Source: Paramoeba atlantica
Lineage: Eukaryota; Protista; Discosea
Length of the DNA: 64,000 nt
Reading direction: 5' to 3'
Assembly (NCBI GenBank): GCA_977017575.1
Contig: CDRNVI010000143.1
Span: 248,001-312,000, forward strand
Shown here: positions 40,329 to 52,331 of the stretch, piece by piece
Numbering within the stretch: the stretch's first letter is position 1
How the letters are laid out: each line of letters opens with the position of its first letter
The notes under the pieces: generated by a model
Seen by the model: only the letters and a program-made list of their open reading frames with translations
Told to the model about the DNA's origin: nothing
Databases searched by the model: none
Translations under genes and position numbers: made by a program

Positions 40329-40563
40329 ATGTACGGAAAAGATGTCAATTTTTTAGATTCAAAACAAAGATTGATCACATTTTTCAAAGCCAATTACTCT
40401 CTCAAACATAAGCTGGAGGCAGTGTTGGGGGGGGGGCTCTTGCATTGGTGAGGTTACCTCACAAGAATGTTGTTGAAAGAATATTGTTGTTTCTGATTTT
40501 GGTCTGCCATCTTGGATGTATCATCGCCAAATTAAAAAAGGAAGGAATCCTCCCACCCAAAAC

Positions 40564-40745
40564 TTGAATCCACAAGCAGAAAAAAAGGAAGAAAAAAAAT
40601 GTTTGAATCCACAAACCGCTTGAATCCACAAGCCACCAGAGTCCACTGGCAAACTTGAATCCACAAGCCACCAGAATCCACCGGTACCGAAAACACTCGA
40701 ATCCACGAGCCGAAAAAAAAATACACCAAAGTTGAGTCCACAACA
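40564..40745 (+). repeat. Array of 8 GA(A/G)TCCAC motifs with a ~17-bp core period
   Basis: TTGAATCCACAAG-like copies at 40566, 40605, 40622, 40639, 40657, 40674, 40699 and 40734. Confidence 0.75.
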
Positions 40746-41407
40746 CTCGGCGGAGAATAAAACTGACAGTGCCAAAAAAAAGTCAAGGCTCTTACCTCAT
40801 CCCAGTAACTCAGGAACGAAGATACCAAATGGCTTCAAGGAATTTATTCACAAGTCTCTTTCACTCTCCAACTTCTTATTCTTGGAATTTGATTCATGGA
40901 ACACTCATTCTTGGAATGAGCTCTGGAACTCAGAAGCTCAGGTCAGGGGCTCAGGATAGCCCTTCCACAGATGGATATTGAAGGGAATTTTATTTGATGT
41001 TTTGGAACAGAAGGTTCAGGTGTGATTCTCAATTCTGTGATCCAAGAGGTGTTGATGTGGATGGGGGAAGGTAGAATTGTTGTTTGTGATTCAGAAAATG
41101 GGAGAATGAGCGTCTTTTTAGAAAGAAAGAACATCCCTTTTTTTGTTTAGTGATTTTCACATGAGCAAACCTCATTTTTGGGGTTGTTGTTGTTGATTCA
41201 TTTTGGATCAATTATGATTTCAGATTTTAAGAAAAATTTAAAATTGAATTGTGGAACTAATTTGGAAGAGAGGAAGGGATTTTTTATAATTCTTCTTCAT
41301 TTTCTCCCTTTTTATTTTCTCTTCTTCAAGAGGGTTTTTGTTTTTTTGATTTTTTTTGATTGATTTTTTTGGTAATCCTTCTTATTTTTTTTCACTCTTT
41401 CAACAAA

Positions 41408-41479
41408 TCCCCGATAGTATAGTTGGCAAAATCCCCGCCTGTCACGCGGGAGTCCCGGGTTCGATTCCCGGTCGGGGAG
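41408..41479 (+). tRNA. tRNA-Asp-GTC: tRNA-Asp(GTC)
   Basis: CCCGC-CTGTCAC-GCGGG arm; perfect acceptor stem; one D-stem mismatch. Confidence 0.9.
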
Positions 41480-42873
41480 GATTTTTTTTCTCTTTCTCTT
41501 TTTTTTTTTTTTTGATTCAATCCAAAAATACATGAAAAAAAGAGGAATTCTTCAAATTTTGTGTCTTCAAAAGATCAAGTGATATGGTTTTTTTCTTTTT
41601 TTCTTTTTTTTTTTCTCTCTTCTCTTTTTTCTCTTCTCTTTTTTTTCTATTTTTATTTTTTGATTCTCTCTCCTTTTTTCTGATTTCTTTTGAACTCACA
41701 CTAATAATAATAATCACAAGATATGAAAGGGTCTCTGTTTTGCAAACTCCAATGCCTGTGGTGACCCTATTTGTTGTGAAGGAAGTTGAAAGAAAAAAAC
41801 TGAATTCTTTTTTGGAAAAGCTTGAGAAAAGTTTTTTTTTTGATTCTTTTCTTTCTTTTCTCTCTCCTTTTTTCCTCTCAATTCTTTTCCCTCTCCTTTA
41901 GTCTGGTGGTGCACTCATCTGCTCAATCACTTTTTTTTGATGAATCTCCTCCTTTTCACTTTCACTTTCATCACAACAAAAATGATCTCTTCTTTCTCCT
42001 CTTTTGGGTTTCCTCTTTCTTTTCTTCTTCTCTTTCTATCTTCTTTTATCCATTTTTTGTTGTTTTTCTTTTTGTTTTGATTTTAGGGTTGGTTTTTTCC
42101 ATTCTTCATCCTTTTTTCCCAAAAATTTTTTTGTTGAAGAAGACTTATTTTTATAATTGAAGTCAAAAACAAGAAAATGTTGAAAAAATCAGAGGAGCAA
42201 CTCACCCAAAAATGAGAAAAAGAGAGAGAAGAGGATGCAAGATCTATTTTTCAAGAATAAAAAAAGATGAATCTTGAAACAAACTCAAAAACAAATTGGA
42301 TTAAAACAAAATAAAAAGAACCAAAAATATCAAACCCCAAATTATTTTTTGGAACAGTACTTTTTGTGAGATCATAAAACTTCAACAGCCACAAAGTTCA
42401 ACTTCAATTGGTTTCTTCTATTGCAAAGTGAACAATCACCATATATTCACCCTGAACAACAATCATTCTTTTGCTAACAAAAAATTGAAATCATCTCATG
42501 TGAAAAATTTTCGCTTCCACAGATTGTGTATGAAAATCTTTTGTTTTTTCTTATTCACCAGATCAAAAGCTGTTTGAAAATCTTCCTCTCAGTGAGTTGT
42601 TTCAAAAATTTTGGTCCATTCTCCAATTACTTTGTTGTGCAATGGAAGAGGGCCTTTCATTTTTTGGAAAGAAATTTTTTTTACCCCTTTTCTGTTTCTT
42701 TCCAAGCAATTTGTTACCATCACCCCAAAAAAAGAGAAAAACAGAGAAAACCAAATTTTTCCAAAATGAATTTTGAGTGTCACACAAACAAACTTCAATT
42801 GGAGCAAAAGAGGGTCAGTGGGGAAACTTTTTTTCTTTTTTTTTTTTGAAAATTTAAAAAAAAAAAAAAAAAA

Positions 42874-42937
42874 GCCACTAAAGGGGCTCGAACCCTTGAC
42901 CACTAGGTTAAAAGCCTAGCGCTCTACCGATAGTGGC
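42874..42937 (-). pseudogene. tRNA-Lys(TTT) with an 8-nt A-box/D-arm deletion
   Basis: GCCACTA joins directly to TCGGTAGAGCG (TAGCTCAG missing); the rest of the cloverleaf is intact. Confidence 0.85.
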
Positions 42938-43161
42938 ATTTGTTGAAAAAAGTCAAATTTTTAGTGTGATGGGGGGGCTGATTTTGATGGAAGAAGGAAA
43001 AAGAAGAAAAGGACACTCAAAATAAAAAAAAAAAAGAGGTTTTTAATTCCTTCTTGAGCAAAACAACAAAGACAAAAGAAAACCCCATTCAATTACCAAA
43101 CAACCACAACAAGGAAAAGGAGGAGATTTATTTTTTTTTCAATTTTTTTTCAAAAAAAAAT

Positions 43162-43234
43162 TGCTCATTACAGGGATCGAACCTGTGACCTCCGCGTTAT
43201 TAGCACGGCGCTCTACCGACTAAGCTAAACGAGC
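43162..43234 (-). tRNA. tRNA-Ile-AAT: tRNA-Ile(AAT)
   Basis: CCGTG-CTAATAA-CGCGG arm; 73 nt. Confidence 0.93.
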
Positions 43235-43597
43235 ATTTCTGAAAAAGACCCAATTTTTTGGCTTTCCAGTGGGAAAAATTTCTGGAGAAACAGAAAAACA
43301 AAATGAAAAACAAAGAAAAAGAGCAGAAAAAGGAAAAATACAAAAATGAAAAAAGTGATTGGAGACAATGAAGGAAAATCACTTTTTATTGTTAATTCAC
43401 AAAAAAAGGAGGAAAAAAACATCTATTATTTTTCATGATTTCCCAAAGACTATTTTTTTTCTTTTTCAAAGGGAAGGGAAAACCTTTTCAAAATTGAATG
43501 ATTTTTTTTTCATTCATTCATTCAAAAAAAGGAAAAGAAAAATGTTTTCAGTCCAAAAAAAAGAAAAAATTCAAAAACAAAAAAAAAAGAAAAAATT

Positions 43598-43681
43598 CGT
43601 CGGAAGCAGGATTTGAACCTACGCCCCGTTTCCAGGATGTGATTTCTAGTCACACGTCTTAGACCACTCGACCATCCCGAC
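43598..43681 (-). tRNA. tRNA-Ser-AGA: tRNA-Ser(AGA)
   Basis: TGTGA-CTAGAAA-TCACA arm; long variable arm; 84 nt. Confidence 0.93.
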
Positions 43682-44095
43682 ATTTCATAAAAAATGAGTG
43701 AAAAAAAGCAGAGAATAAGGAAAAAGAGCAGGAGAGAAAGAAAAGGGGCAAACCAAAAACAAGGGGGAAAGTGTCTGTAAAAGTTTGAAAAAAGTTTTAA
43801 ATTTCTTGAAAAGAGGAAGAACAGGAAGAAGAGACAGATGATAAAGAGAAAGATGGAGAAAAGCAGAAGGACAAAAGAAAGAAAGACAAAAGACTCAAAA
43901 TTTGACGGTCGAAATTTTGATTGACTTTTTTCTTTCAATGGTCGAAATTTTTGATGTTTTTTTCGACCATTGAAGTTATTTTTTCGACGGTTGGTGTTTT
44001 TCTTGGTTTTTTTTCGATGGTCGAAAGTTTGGACAATGGAGAGCTGAGGTGGGCAATGACATCAGCTAACTTTCAGGGTGTTGAAACCTCTCCAG

Positions 44096-46811
44096 CGACC
44101 AGGCTGAAGTTGCACCTGACATCAGATGTGACGTCAGATGTGACACCTTATTCCAAATAAAGGAAAGTGACACGTGTCGATTTTTTGTGGACTGTTTCAA
44201 AATCTGAAAATTGTATTTGCGTGAACTGTTTCGTGTTTTTTCTTTTTTTGTTTTTCGATTTTCTTTTTTCTTTTTGTTTGAGTTCTTTTTGATTTCTGAT
44301 CGTTCGATTTCATTACCTCTACCGAGAAGGTTGTTTTTTCTCACGCCTGGAAGGCAAAAAATGGCAGAAACCCAACAAAAGAAAAAGAGACAGCGTGATT
44401 TGGGATATTCTGAGAAGATTGATGAAAATCTTTTGAATCTTCGAAATGAAATTCTAAAACTTGAATCGAATATTAAACATAAGGAAACACTTGAAATGAA
44501 TCAAGTTGTTATCTTTCACAAATATGTTCTTGATATTTTTCGCTCTGATAAAACTGCAAAAGGGGTGACTTATTATTCTTGTCAAAAAACAGAAAGGAAT
44601 AAAAAACAAAACCTTCAAAGACAAGATAAAAAGTCTTCTTTTTCAAATCGGGACACAAAAGATGTGAAAATGACCTGTTCTGGGAAATTACACATCAATT
44701 CAACAAATGGGACAATTCAAGTGACTGGGCATTCTTGTAACAAAGAGTTCTCTTCTTCCCCTCCTATTGTCAAAGATTTTGTACAAAATTCTCTTTTGAA
44801 ACTTGATCAAAGTCAAGCCCCAAATGATGTTCTTCAAACAATGGTTGAAAAACATTTTGAAGGGACTGGTTTGATCACCCATCCATTGAAGTTGAGAAAA
44901 CTGATTTCCAATCAGTTTACTTCATTTAAGAAACAATGGTGGGCTTCAGGGGGTTTTGATGGTGCTGAAATAAAATTGAAAACAATGGAGGAAGAGATTT
45001 CAAATGTTGGTGTCTTGTGTCATCCAAATCAGAGTAAATATTCTGGGCGAAAATTATTAGTCTGGATTTATCACTCTGGATTGAATTTTTTAAAACTGTT
45101 ACTTGAAAAAGAATACCCCATTTTAATGAGTTTGGATACAACTCATGATGCAGTCAACAAAAAAGAATCCAAACAAACTTATTTGGCAACTCTGATGTTC
45201 TGAATGCCTGACACTCTTCAATATGTCATTTTAGGACAAGCACTCATTGAGGGTGAAGATTTGGTTTCCATCCAATTATTTTTAAGTTGGGTGTCAAATA
45301 TTGTGTCCTCTTCTTTTGAACCATTAATGATCGGCATTGATGACTCAAAAGCAGAGAAAGGGGCAATCAAGAAAGTGTGGCCAAATGCAAAAATTGCGAT
45401 TTGTGTTTGGCACCTCATGAGGACTGTTTCAAAGCATCTTGATTATAAGGTGCATCCAATGAATATTCCTTTCATTCAAAAAAGATTTGAGGAAACCCCT
45501 GACACTCTTGTTCTCTTTGACAAGCTCTCTGCTCTTGCTCAAAAAGCAATTCTAACCACCAATCCTGTAATTTGTCAACAATCAATCGATCAAGTTACAG
45601 AAATTCTAAATCAACAAATCAAAAAATGGTGGAATACAAAAGAGAACTTGAAAGCTGTCCAGAATTGGTGGGATGGCTTTGTTGCAAAAAAGGATAAATG
45701 GGCTCTTTCTTCTCGGATTCAAACAGAAGATAAAGTCCTTATTCATGCCTGTCTCCAAGAAAAATCAACAGGAAGGAGTGAATCTTTCCATTCCACTTTA
45801 AAAAAAGAACCTCATCTTTTAAAACAGAGTGATATGGTCCAATCTGTCATTCACATTGTGAATGCCACTCTGAAGTGGAACTTGAAATATTGTGAGAAGG
45901 TGAAATCTCTTTTTTTTGTGAGTGAGGGTCGATGTCGAAAATTTGACCAAAACTTTTCATTTTTTTTTGAAACTACACCGAAAATCCTCCAAGAGAAGAT
46001 TCGAGAAGAAATGCAGCATTTTTTGAAAATTGTCGAAAATGCTGAGAAAAAAGATTCTTCTTCAAAAGAGGTTGAAAAGGCAAAAAAAACACTCAAAAAA
46101 TGGAAATCAATATACCCTGATTTTGATGTCTTTAGCCACAGCTGTACAGTTGTAGAGGCTTTTGGAATACCATGCCACCACATGTTGGGTTGGGCACATC
46201 ATTCACAAAATGGTTGGAGACATTTGAATGATCCAAACTTTTGGAAGGGGAAACCTTTAATACTAAAGAAGATCTCCCTTGAAAATTCATTTTGTATCTT
46301 CTCTTCATGAGAAACCCCCAAATGCGACCCCACGCCACTTCTCTTGTTCTGGGGAAGTAAGGAAGAAGAATCAGAAAGAAAAAAGAGTGAAGGAGGTTGA
46401 TGTGGAGGAAAAGAAGGAGGAAGAAACTGAAAGAGAAGGAGAAAATAGAGGGAAGGAAGAAGAAGGAGGAAAAGAAGAAATTGAACCAGATTTAGACGGA
46501 CAAACAGGGAAATGAAAACGTTCATGCTTTCACAACCGAAACACAAATCTTCTTGTTGAGGGAACGCGAACACGAAAAAAACCAAGGCATCTTGAAGACT
46601 TTGGAATGTGAACTTTTTTTGAATAAATTTTCTTTTTTCTTTTCTTCTTTTTTCTTCTCTTTCTTCTTTTTTCTTCTCTTTCTTCTCCTTTCTTCTCTTT
46701 TTTTTTTCTCTGGTCCACCTTTTTTTTTCTCTTTTTCAAAACAAAAAAAACAAAAAAACGCGTCATAATTTGTCGACACCAGGGGGGAATGGTGCAACTT
46801 CAGCCTGGTCG
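44096..46811 (+). mobile_element. Mutator-like (MULE) DNA transposon, 2716 bp, 21-bp TIRs, flanked by an 18-bp direct repeat
   Basis: CGACCAGGCTGAAGTTGCACC at 44096-44116 and its reverse complement at 46791-46811; GTGTTGAAACCTCTCCAG at 44078-44095 and 46812-46829. Confidence 0.92.
44361..46310 (+). pseudogene. MULE transposase with SWIM finger; one in-frame TGA at 45201-45203
   Basis: SLDTTH (D1), GIDDSKAE...ICVWHL (D2, CxxH), SESFHSTLK (E), and SWIM-like HSCTVVEAFGIPCHHM. Confidence 0.88.
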
Positions 46812-46906
46812 GTGTTGAAACCTCTCCAGTGATCCGATTCAAACCCACAAATCGCCCCAACTGCAAGTGCAGCTTGAGCCCACCCCCATGTGTGGAGAAC
46901 TGTCAC

Positions 46907-46912
<6 letters not shown>

Positions 46913-46958
<46 letters not shown>
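46913..46958. repeat. (AG)n microsatellite
   Basis: Pure dinucleotide run. Confidence 0.9.
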
Positions 46959-46961
<3 letters not shown>

Positions 46962-47022
46962 CTCAACAAAATGAAACAACCCACCACAACACAACAGTTC
47001 TTTTTTGGTTTTTTCAACAAAT

Positions 47023-47094
47023 TCCCTTGTGGTGTAGTCGGTAACACGGTCGGCTTTCACCCGGTCACCCCGGGTTCGATTCCCGGCAAGGGAG
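47023..47094 (+). tRNA. tRNA-Glu-TTC: tRNA-Glu(TTC), copy 2
   Basis: Differs from the 33510 copy at one anticodon-stem position. Confidence 0.92.
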
Positions 47095-47358
47095 CTTTTT
47101 TTTTTCAATTCCTTTTTTTTTTCTGATGTGTTGTGTTGTTTCTTTTTCTAAATGTGTTCTTTGTTCCTTTTCTTTCTTTTTTTTTTGATAATCTTTCCCA
47201 AAGAATCAAGAACAATTTTTGAATCAAAAGAAGGTGAACCCCAAAGAGTTGATTTGAAAAAAAAAAAAGATATCTTTGAGTTTTGAACATCAAAAACACA
47301 AAACTGATTCAATTTCAAAAAAAAAAAGAAAAAAAAAGAAAAAAAAAAGAAAAAAAAA

Positions 47359-47383
47359 TGCCGAAAACGTGGATCGAACACGT

Positions 47384-47416
<33 letters not shown>
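47359..47416 (-). pseudogene. 5'-truncated tRNA-Phe(GAA)
   Basis: Positions 16-73 are intact (TCAGA-CTGAAGA-TCTGA); nt 1-15 are absent and replaced by an inverted copy of the D-arm sequence. Confidence 0.88.
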
Positions 47417-47798
47417 TGGGAGAGCGTCATCAAATATTTCCCACTCGGAACTTGGAGCAACACTTCAGAGAGTTCATTTAGGGTGACATTGGCCAGTGTC
47501 TCCCTGATTGCATTCAGTATCCCTTCTTGTTGAACTCTTTTTCTCAAAACCGATTTTTCCTTTTGTTATTTTTTTCAATCCACACAGATTTGTTCTTGAT
47601 TTTCCAAATAATAATTACAGAAATACTCTTTTTGATTTTTGGACTGTTGGAGTTCTTCTGGGTTTGGAAGGATGGAGTGGGGCAATTCAGGATGAAGAGA
47701 AAGAAGACCTTGGATTCATCCCTCAGCCAACAAAAAAAAGCGTCCACAAACTTCCCAAAAAAGGAGATTGTGATATGTTCTTCATTGTTTTTCGTTAA

Positions 47799-47985
47799 AG
47801 TCTCATAGCCAAAGGTAAGAGATCAAATTGGATTTGGAAAATGTTTTAATGAATGAAATCAAAATAAAAAGTGTTTTGTAATTCTCGGAAAATGAAATTT
47901 CCATTTTCCGGAAAATAAATTGTTTTCGCTGAATGGATCATTTTGCGCGATCAATCCAGGAAGAAGAAATCGATCGGCAGATTTC
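47799..47985 (+). repeat. TTAA-flanked ~190-bp transposon terminus, copy 1
   Basis: TTAA|AGTCTCATAGCC...CGGCAGATTTC; direct copies at 52128 and 55960. Confidence 0.8.
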
Positions 47986-48854
47986 GGGAAACAAAAGATT
48001 GAAAAGGACAGTCAATTCCAGGGTGACCTTCCCAGGTGACTTTTTGAAGCTTGAATAACTTTGGAAAAGAATGGAATTTGAAAAAACTTAAACATGAAGT
48101 GAATTAACAATATTTTTAAAGATTTTTGAGTTCCATTTGCTCATGGAAGAGTGCTCATTCAATACCTTAAAATTGAGCTAACATCAAAAAGACCCCTAAT
48201 TTTTTTTTAAAAAAAAATTCTAAAAAATCAAAAAAAAATATTGAGCCTCATGAGAATCAAGTTTAAGAAAGAAAATAACTTTTTTTTCAATCCTACCAAA
48301 AAAAAATAAAAAAAAATTAATTTTGAAGTTCATAAACATCAAAAAACAATTTTTTATGAGCCATCAAAAGTGCACAACACATCATAAAAAAAATTCCGGA
48401 TTTTTTTTTTTTTGGATATTGGCAAAATTGGGTGGGAATTTTTTTTTGTTTGAGAGTGTGTCAAGGCCTTTGTAGGAGAGAACAATTTTTTTTTAATTTT
48501 TTTTTCTTTTCTTATTGGAATAAGGTTCTTATAACCCCCTTCTTGTGAGTTTAGTTTTCTCTTCTGTGACTCTGAGAATTTTTTTTTTGGAAGGTCGTAC
48601 CCAAGGTAGTACCAAAAAATCAATTTTTCTCTTTTGGATTGAGACATTTCACAGATGTTTGGGGGGGGAAAAATTGAGAAAAATATTGTGGTTGATGTGA
48701 TAAAAAAAGATTTCAAATTAAGGCAAACCTCATGTTTGGCTTGCACTACCTTGGACATTGCAAAAGTTCCAGACGAAAAGACAAAAAGATCCCACTCCCT
48801 GCCCAGTCGGACCTCGACGGCAGCAAAAAGTGGATAAAAAAGAAGAAAAAAAAA

Positions 48855-48927
48855 TGGAGATGCCGGGTTTCGATCCCGGTACCTTCCGCATGCTAAGCGG
48901 ACGCGATACCAACTTCGCCACACCCCC
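48855..48927 (-). tRNA. tRNA-Ala-AGC: tRNA-Ala(AGC)
   Basis: TCCGC-TTAGCAT-GCGGA arm; G3:U70 identity pair. Confidence 0.94.
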
Positions 48928-48974
48928 TTTTCTTGAAAAGTTGAAGCAAAGATTGAATGTCTTTTCATTTTCAG

Positions 48975-49075
48975 ATCCCCTTGACCAGAAAAGAGGTTTT
49001 CCATTTTGAGGCTGTGAAGAGAGCCTCCAGCAAGAAATGAGAAGAATGTCCATCGAGAAGAAGGATGACTGGTTC
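48975..49075 (-). pseudogene. pogo/DDE_1-type transposase fragment
   Basis: Frame reads EPVILLLDGHSSHFLLEA. Confidence 0.55.
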
Positions 49076-51300
49076 CAGGGTTGCAGTGGGTGAAGTCGAA
49101 GTGAGATCAAATATCCTGATTCACTCCACAAAGATTCAATCTTTGTTGACGCACCAGGGGTACAACAAAACTTTCGAAAAAGAGAGAAGATCTTTTCGAA
49201 TCTTGAAAGGAAAAGTGAGAAACTGATTGACGAAAACAACAAAAAAAGTCAAACCCGTGGCTCTTGAACCAATCACCAGGTGCCTCTTTTGGACAACAAG
49301 GAGGAGCAATGAGATACCTCTCATATTCCGTGCAGGTATCTCTTTGTTCATTCGTTCAGAGGACATGAGTTCCATGTTCCATGAGACCTGGTGGTTCTTG
49401 CGGTGCCACCTCCATTAACTGTGGGTTAACTTTCTCAAATTCTCTCTAAGAAAAAAAGTGAATTAACTTTTAAAAAAAATAGAGAAAACAATCAAGCCTT
49501 TCCCAAAAAAGAAGTCTCATCCCAAAACTCGCCTCCCTTGAGAGAATCTTTTGTTCGGGGATCAAAAAGAGCACTCATCCAGTGGGGTCCCTTCTTGACT
49601 GCAGAAATGAGTCGGTTGTTGAGTCCCTCCACAATTGATTTCCGGACCACCTCTGCATTCACCAGTCTCCAACTCATCCAGCTCAGCATACACCTTTTTC
49701 AAATGGAGAAGAGATGGAATTGCCAGTGCGAGGGTTGGCTTTGTTTTTTGGTCAAATAGTTTTGTCACAAGGCGGAGAGGAAGAAGAACTTTCTGGAGAT
49801 CAAACAATAAGTCCCATTGGTTTTGAAACAGTTGTTTTTTTCTCTTTTTCAGCTCTGCCTCTGTAGAAGCAACACCACCATTTTCTTCAAGAACTGGGAA
49901 AATATGGAGTATGGCTCATTCAAAAAATGTTTCAAAGAAATAAATAATAAAAAACTTGATTTTCGAGCACTCTCTCAATCATCGTCAATGTTGAATTTCA
50001 ACAAGTCGGAACATCCTTTTTTAGTTTTCTCCCCTTCAAACCCTCCAGTTCCTGAAAATTCTTGAGCGCTTTGAGACTCTTCGGTGACTTCTTGAAAAAC
50101 GAACAGATTTTCCTTGTTGTCTTCAAGGTGGCAATAGTGAGCAAAGACCTATCAAGTGCATCCTGTTCAGGACATGTTCAATGCATGGGATCCATTGGAG
50201 ACCAAGTTGGGCGACCATTTTGGGCATGACTGCGGTGGTGTCTGTTGTGAATGTTTGAATTTGACGTTCCTTGATTGGGTGATTCAACTCGTCACCAAAA
50301 CCCCATATTCTTCAAGAGATTGTCGGACTGAAATTTCGAGGTCGTCCGCGGTTTGTTCATCTTTGGGAAGGCACTTCAGGAGCGAAGCATGCCAGATCCC
50401 TTGTTGGTCGAGAAAATGGAGGATGATTCCAAAATATGAATCCCCAGCAGCAGAGGTCCAACCATCCGCAGAAAGACCACCTGAAAGAAGATAACAATGG
50501 AGTTACAGTTTCAAAGCCCTTGTGAGGAGTTCAACTTGTGCCGTCAAAATGCCTTTCATCGTTTCAACACTTGGAGGATCATATCCAGGATGAAGGGCTC
50601 TCACAAACTCCTTGAACTTTTCGCTGTTAACAAAGGAAAAAGGCAAATGTCTCTCAGTCACCCAACGGAAGAGTTTTTTGTTTACTTCTTGTCGATGATC
50701 AGCAGAGATCAAATATTCATTGAGTTTTCGAATTTTCGGTGGTCACTCAACAACTGCCCAAGGGACGAGAACACCATGTTTTTTCTCCAGGTTGCCTTTT
50801 GAGAGATTCAGTTCCTGTGTTGATGGAACGCACTGTTGGTTGTATTTGTGAAAGAGGAATTTCTTTCACATCAACTGACCAACATGGCAAGCAGATGATT
50901 GAGTTTGGATCCGCAGGGTGTCGCCGAAAATAGTCCCACACAGCTGAAGTTCTTTTTTCCAGTCTTTTGAGTTTCGCTCGTACAATGATTTGATGAGGGT
51001 CCATTGTAAATGTAATTTAAAAAGTCTTTTTCTCAAAACAGAAAAGTAAAAACAGTTATTTTTGAAACCAGTTTTTGAAGAATGTCACAAAGACAGAGAG
51101 ACCAATACTTTATTTCCACCTCATCTGTGGAGGCATTGTCCATAGATGATGTGGACCAATCACTGGCTTCCACATCATTTTTCATCCACGGATGACAAAG
51201 GAGTGCTTGACTGGTCGACCCAGGCCGGCCCTTGGTCGGCTAGCCGACCCAACAAAAAAATCGCCAACCCGCTCAACCCGCCTTAGCCGCTTCAACCCTG
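49076..51300 (-). mobile_element. Degraded hAT transposon
   Basis: BED finger (SAVWDYF...IICLPC), LPFSFVNSEKFKEFV...PGYDPPS, SADGWTS, and hATC-like PGASTKIESLWSESG. The Ac-like terminus CAGGGTTGAAG at 51300 has subterminal AACCCG repeats. The other end is uncertain. Confidence 0.8.
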
Positions 51301-52127
51301 ATTTTATCCACTTTTTGATGCTGTCAAAGGAAGTCCCAAAAAGAAAGTGGACCTGAAAATTCTGCATAGATTAAAATATGAGATCAAAAAATTTGGAGTC
51401 ATGTTTTTCATTTTTTCATTTCTCTTTTTGTTTGGAAAATGGCTCAAACTGTGTCTGGGAGAGCGTTGTCATGTCGAAAATGGGATCCCTGATGTTGCCA
51501 AACCAATCTTGTTAGCGGAAGCAAACCTTGATGAAACTTGAAAGGCTGTGCAACAGTTCTTGGCTGAGGTCGCAACTTTGACACATGAGAATGTGATTTT
51601 CCACAAAAAAGAGGGTTCAGTGGAGGGTGGTCATTCAAAGATGTGTGTGAAATCAAGAAATTTGAGAACAACCCGAGTTGTTGTCCCTGCAGTCGGTCTC
51701 TTTAACACAGCAGTCCAACTTGAGAAGCACTTGACCCTGGTGCTGAATCAACCTCGCCTCTGGTGTGGACTTTGCGGAATGGTCATTTTGTGGCCCAGCA
51801 CCTTGGAAAGAACCAAATCAGTACAATTGCCAAAAAAATTGCTGTGTTTCTTGATTGCGATCCATCCGACTATGCCTCACACTCCTTTTGAAGGAGCGGT
51901 GCCACAGCCATTGTTGAGAATGGGGGGACAACTGACCAGTTGATGGTGTCAGGTGCGTGGAGTAGCCATCATGTTGCACAGGGTTATATACAAGACTCCA
52001 GCTGGCAGCACAAGAGAGGTCAAACCTGATTGCTGGAAGCTCAAGTTCCTCATCTTCAAGTTCCTCACGTCTTTCAAATGGGTATCAATGTCACAATTAA
52101 CATGCCCCCATTTCCCCAAGGCATTAA

Positions 52128-52330
52128 AGTCTCATAGCCAGAGGTAAGAGAATAAAGAACAAATCAAATTGGATTAGGAAAATGTTTTAATGAATGAAAT
52201 CAAAATGAAAAGTGTTTTGTAATTCTCGGAAAATGAAATTTCCATTCTCTGGAAAATAAATTGTTTTCGCTGAACCGATCCTTTTGTCGCGATCAATTCA
52301 GGAACAAGAAATCGGCCGGCAGATTTCAAC
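52128..52330 (+). repeat. TTAA-flanked transposon terminus, copy 2
   Basis: Same start and about 200 bp of similarity to 55960-56165. Confidence 0.8.
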
Positions 52331-52331
52331 A

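Noticed and set aside
40564-40745. CRISPR-like array
   Set aside because: Repeats are 13 bp or shorter, spacers are short and partly repeated, there are no cas genes, and the context is eukaryotic.
49068-51308. Complete hAT element with an 8-bp TSD
   Set aside because: The candidate left TIR matches 13/16, but the flanks ACTGGTTC and ATTTTATC differ and the ORF runs into it, so the 3' end is not established.
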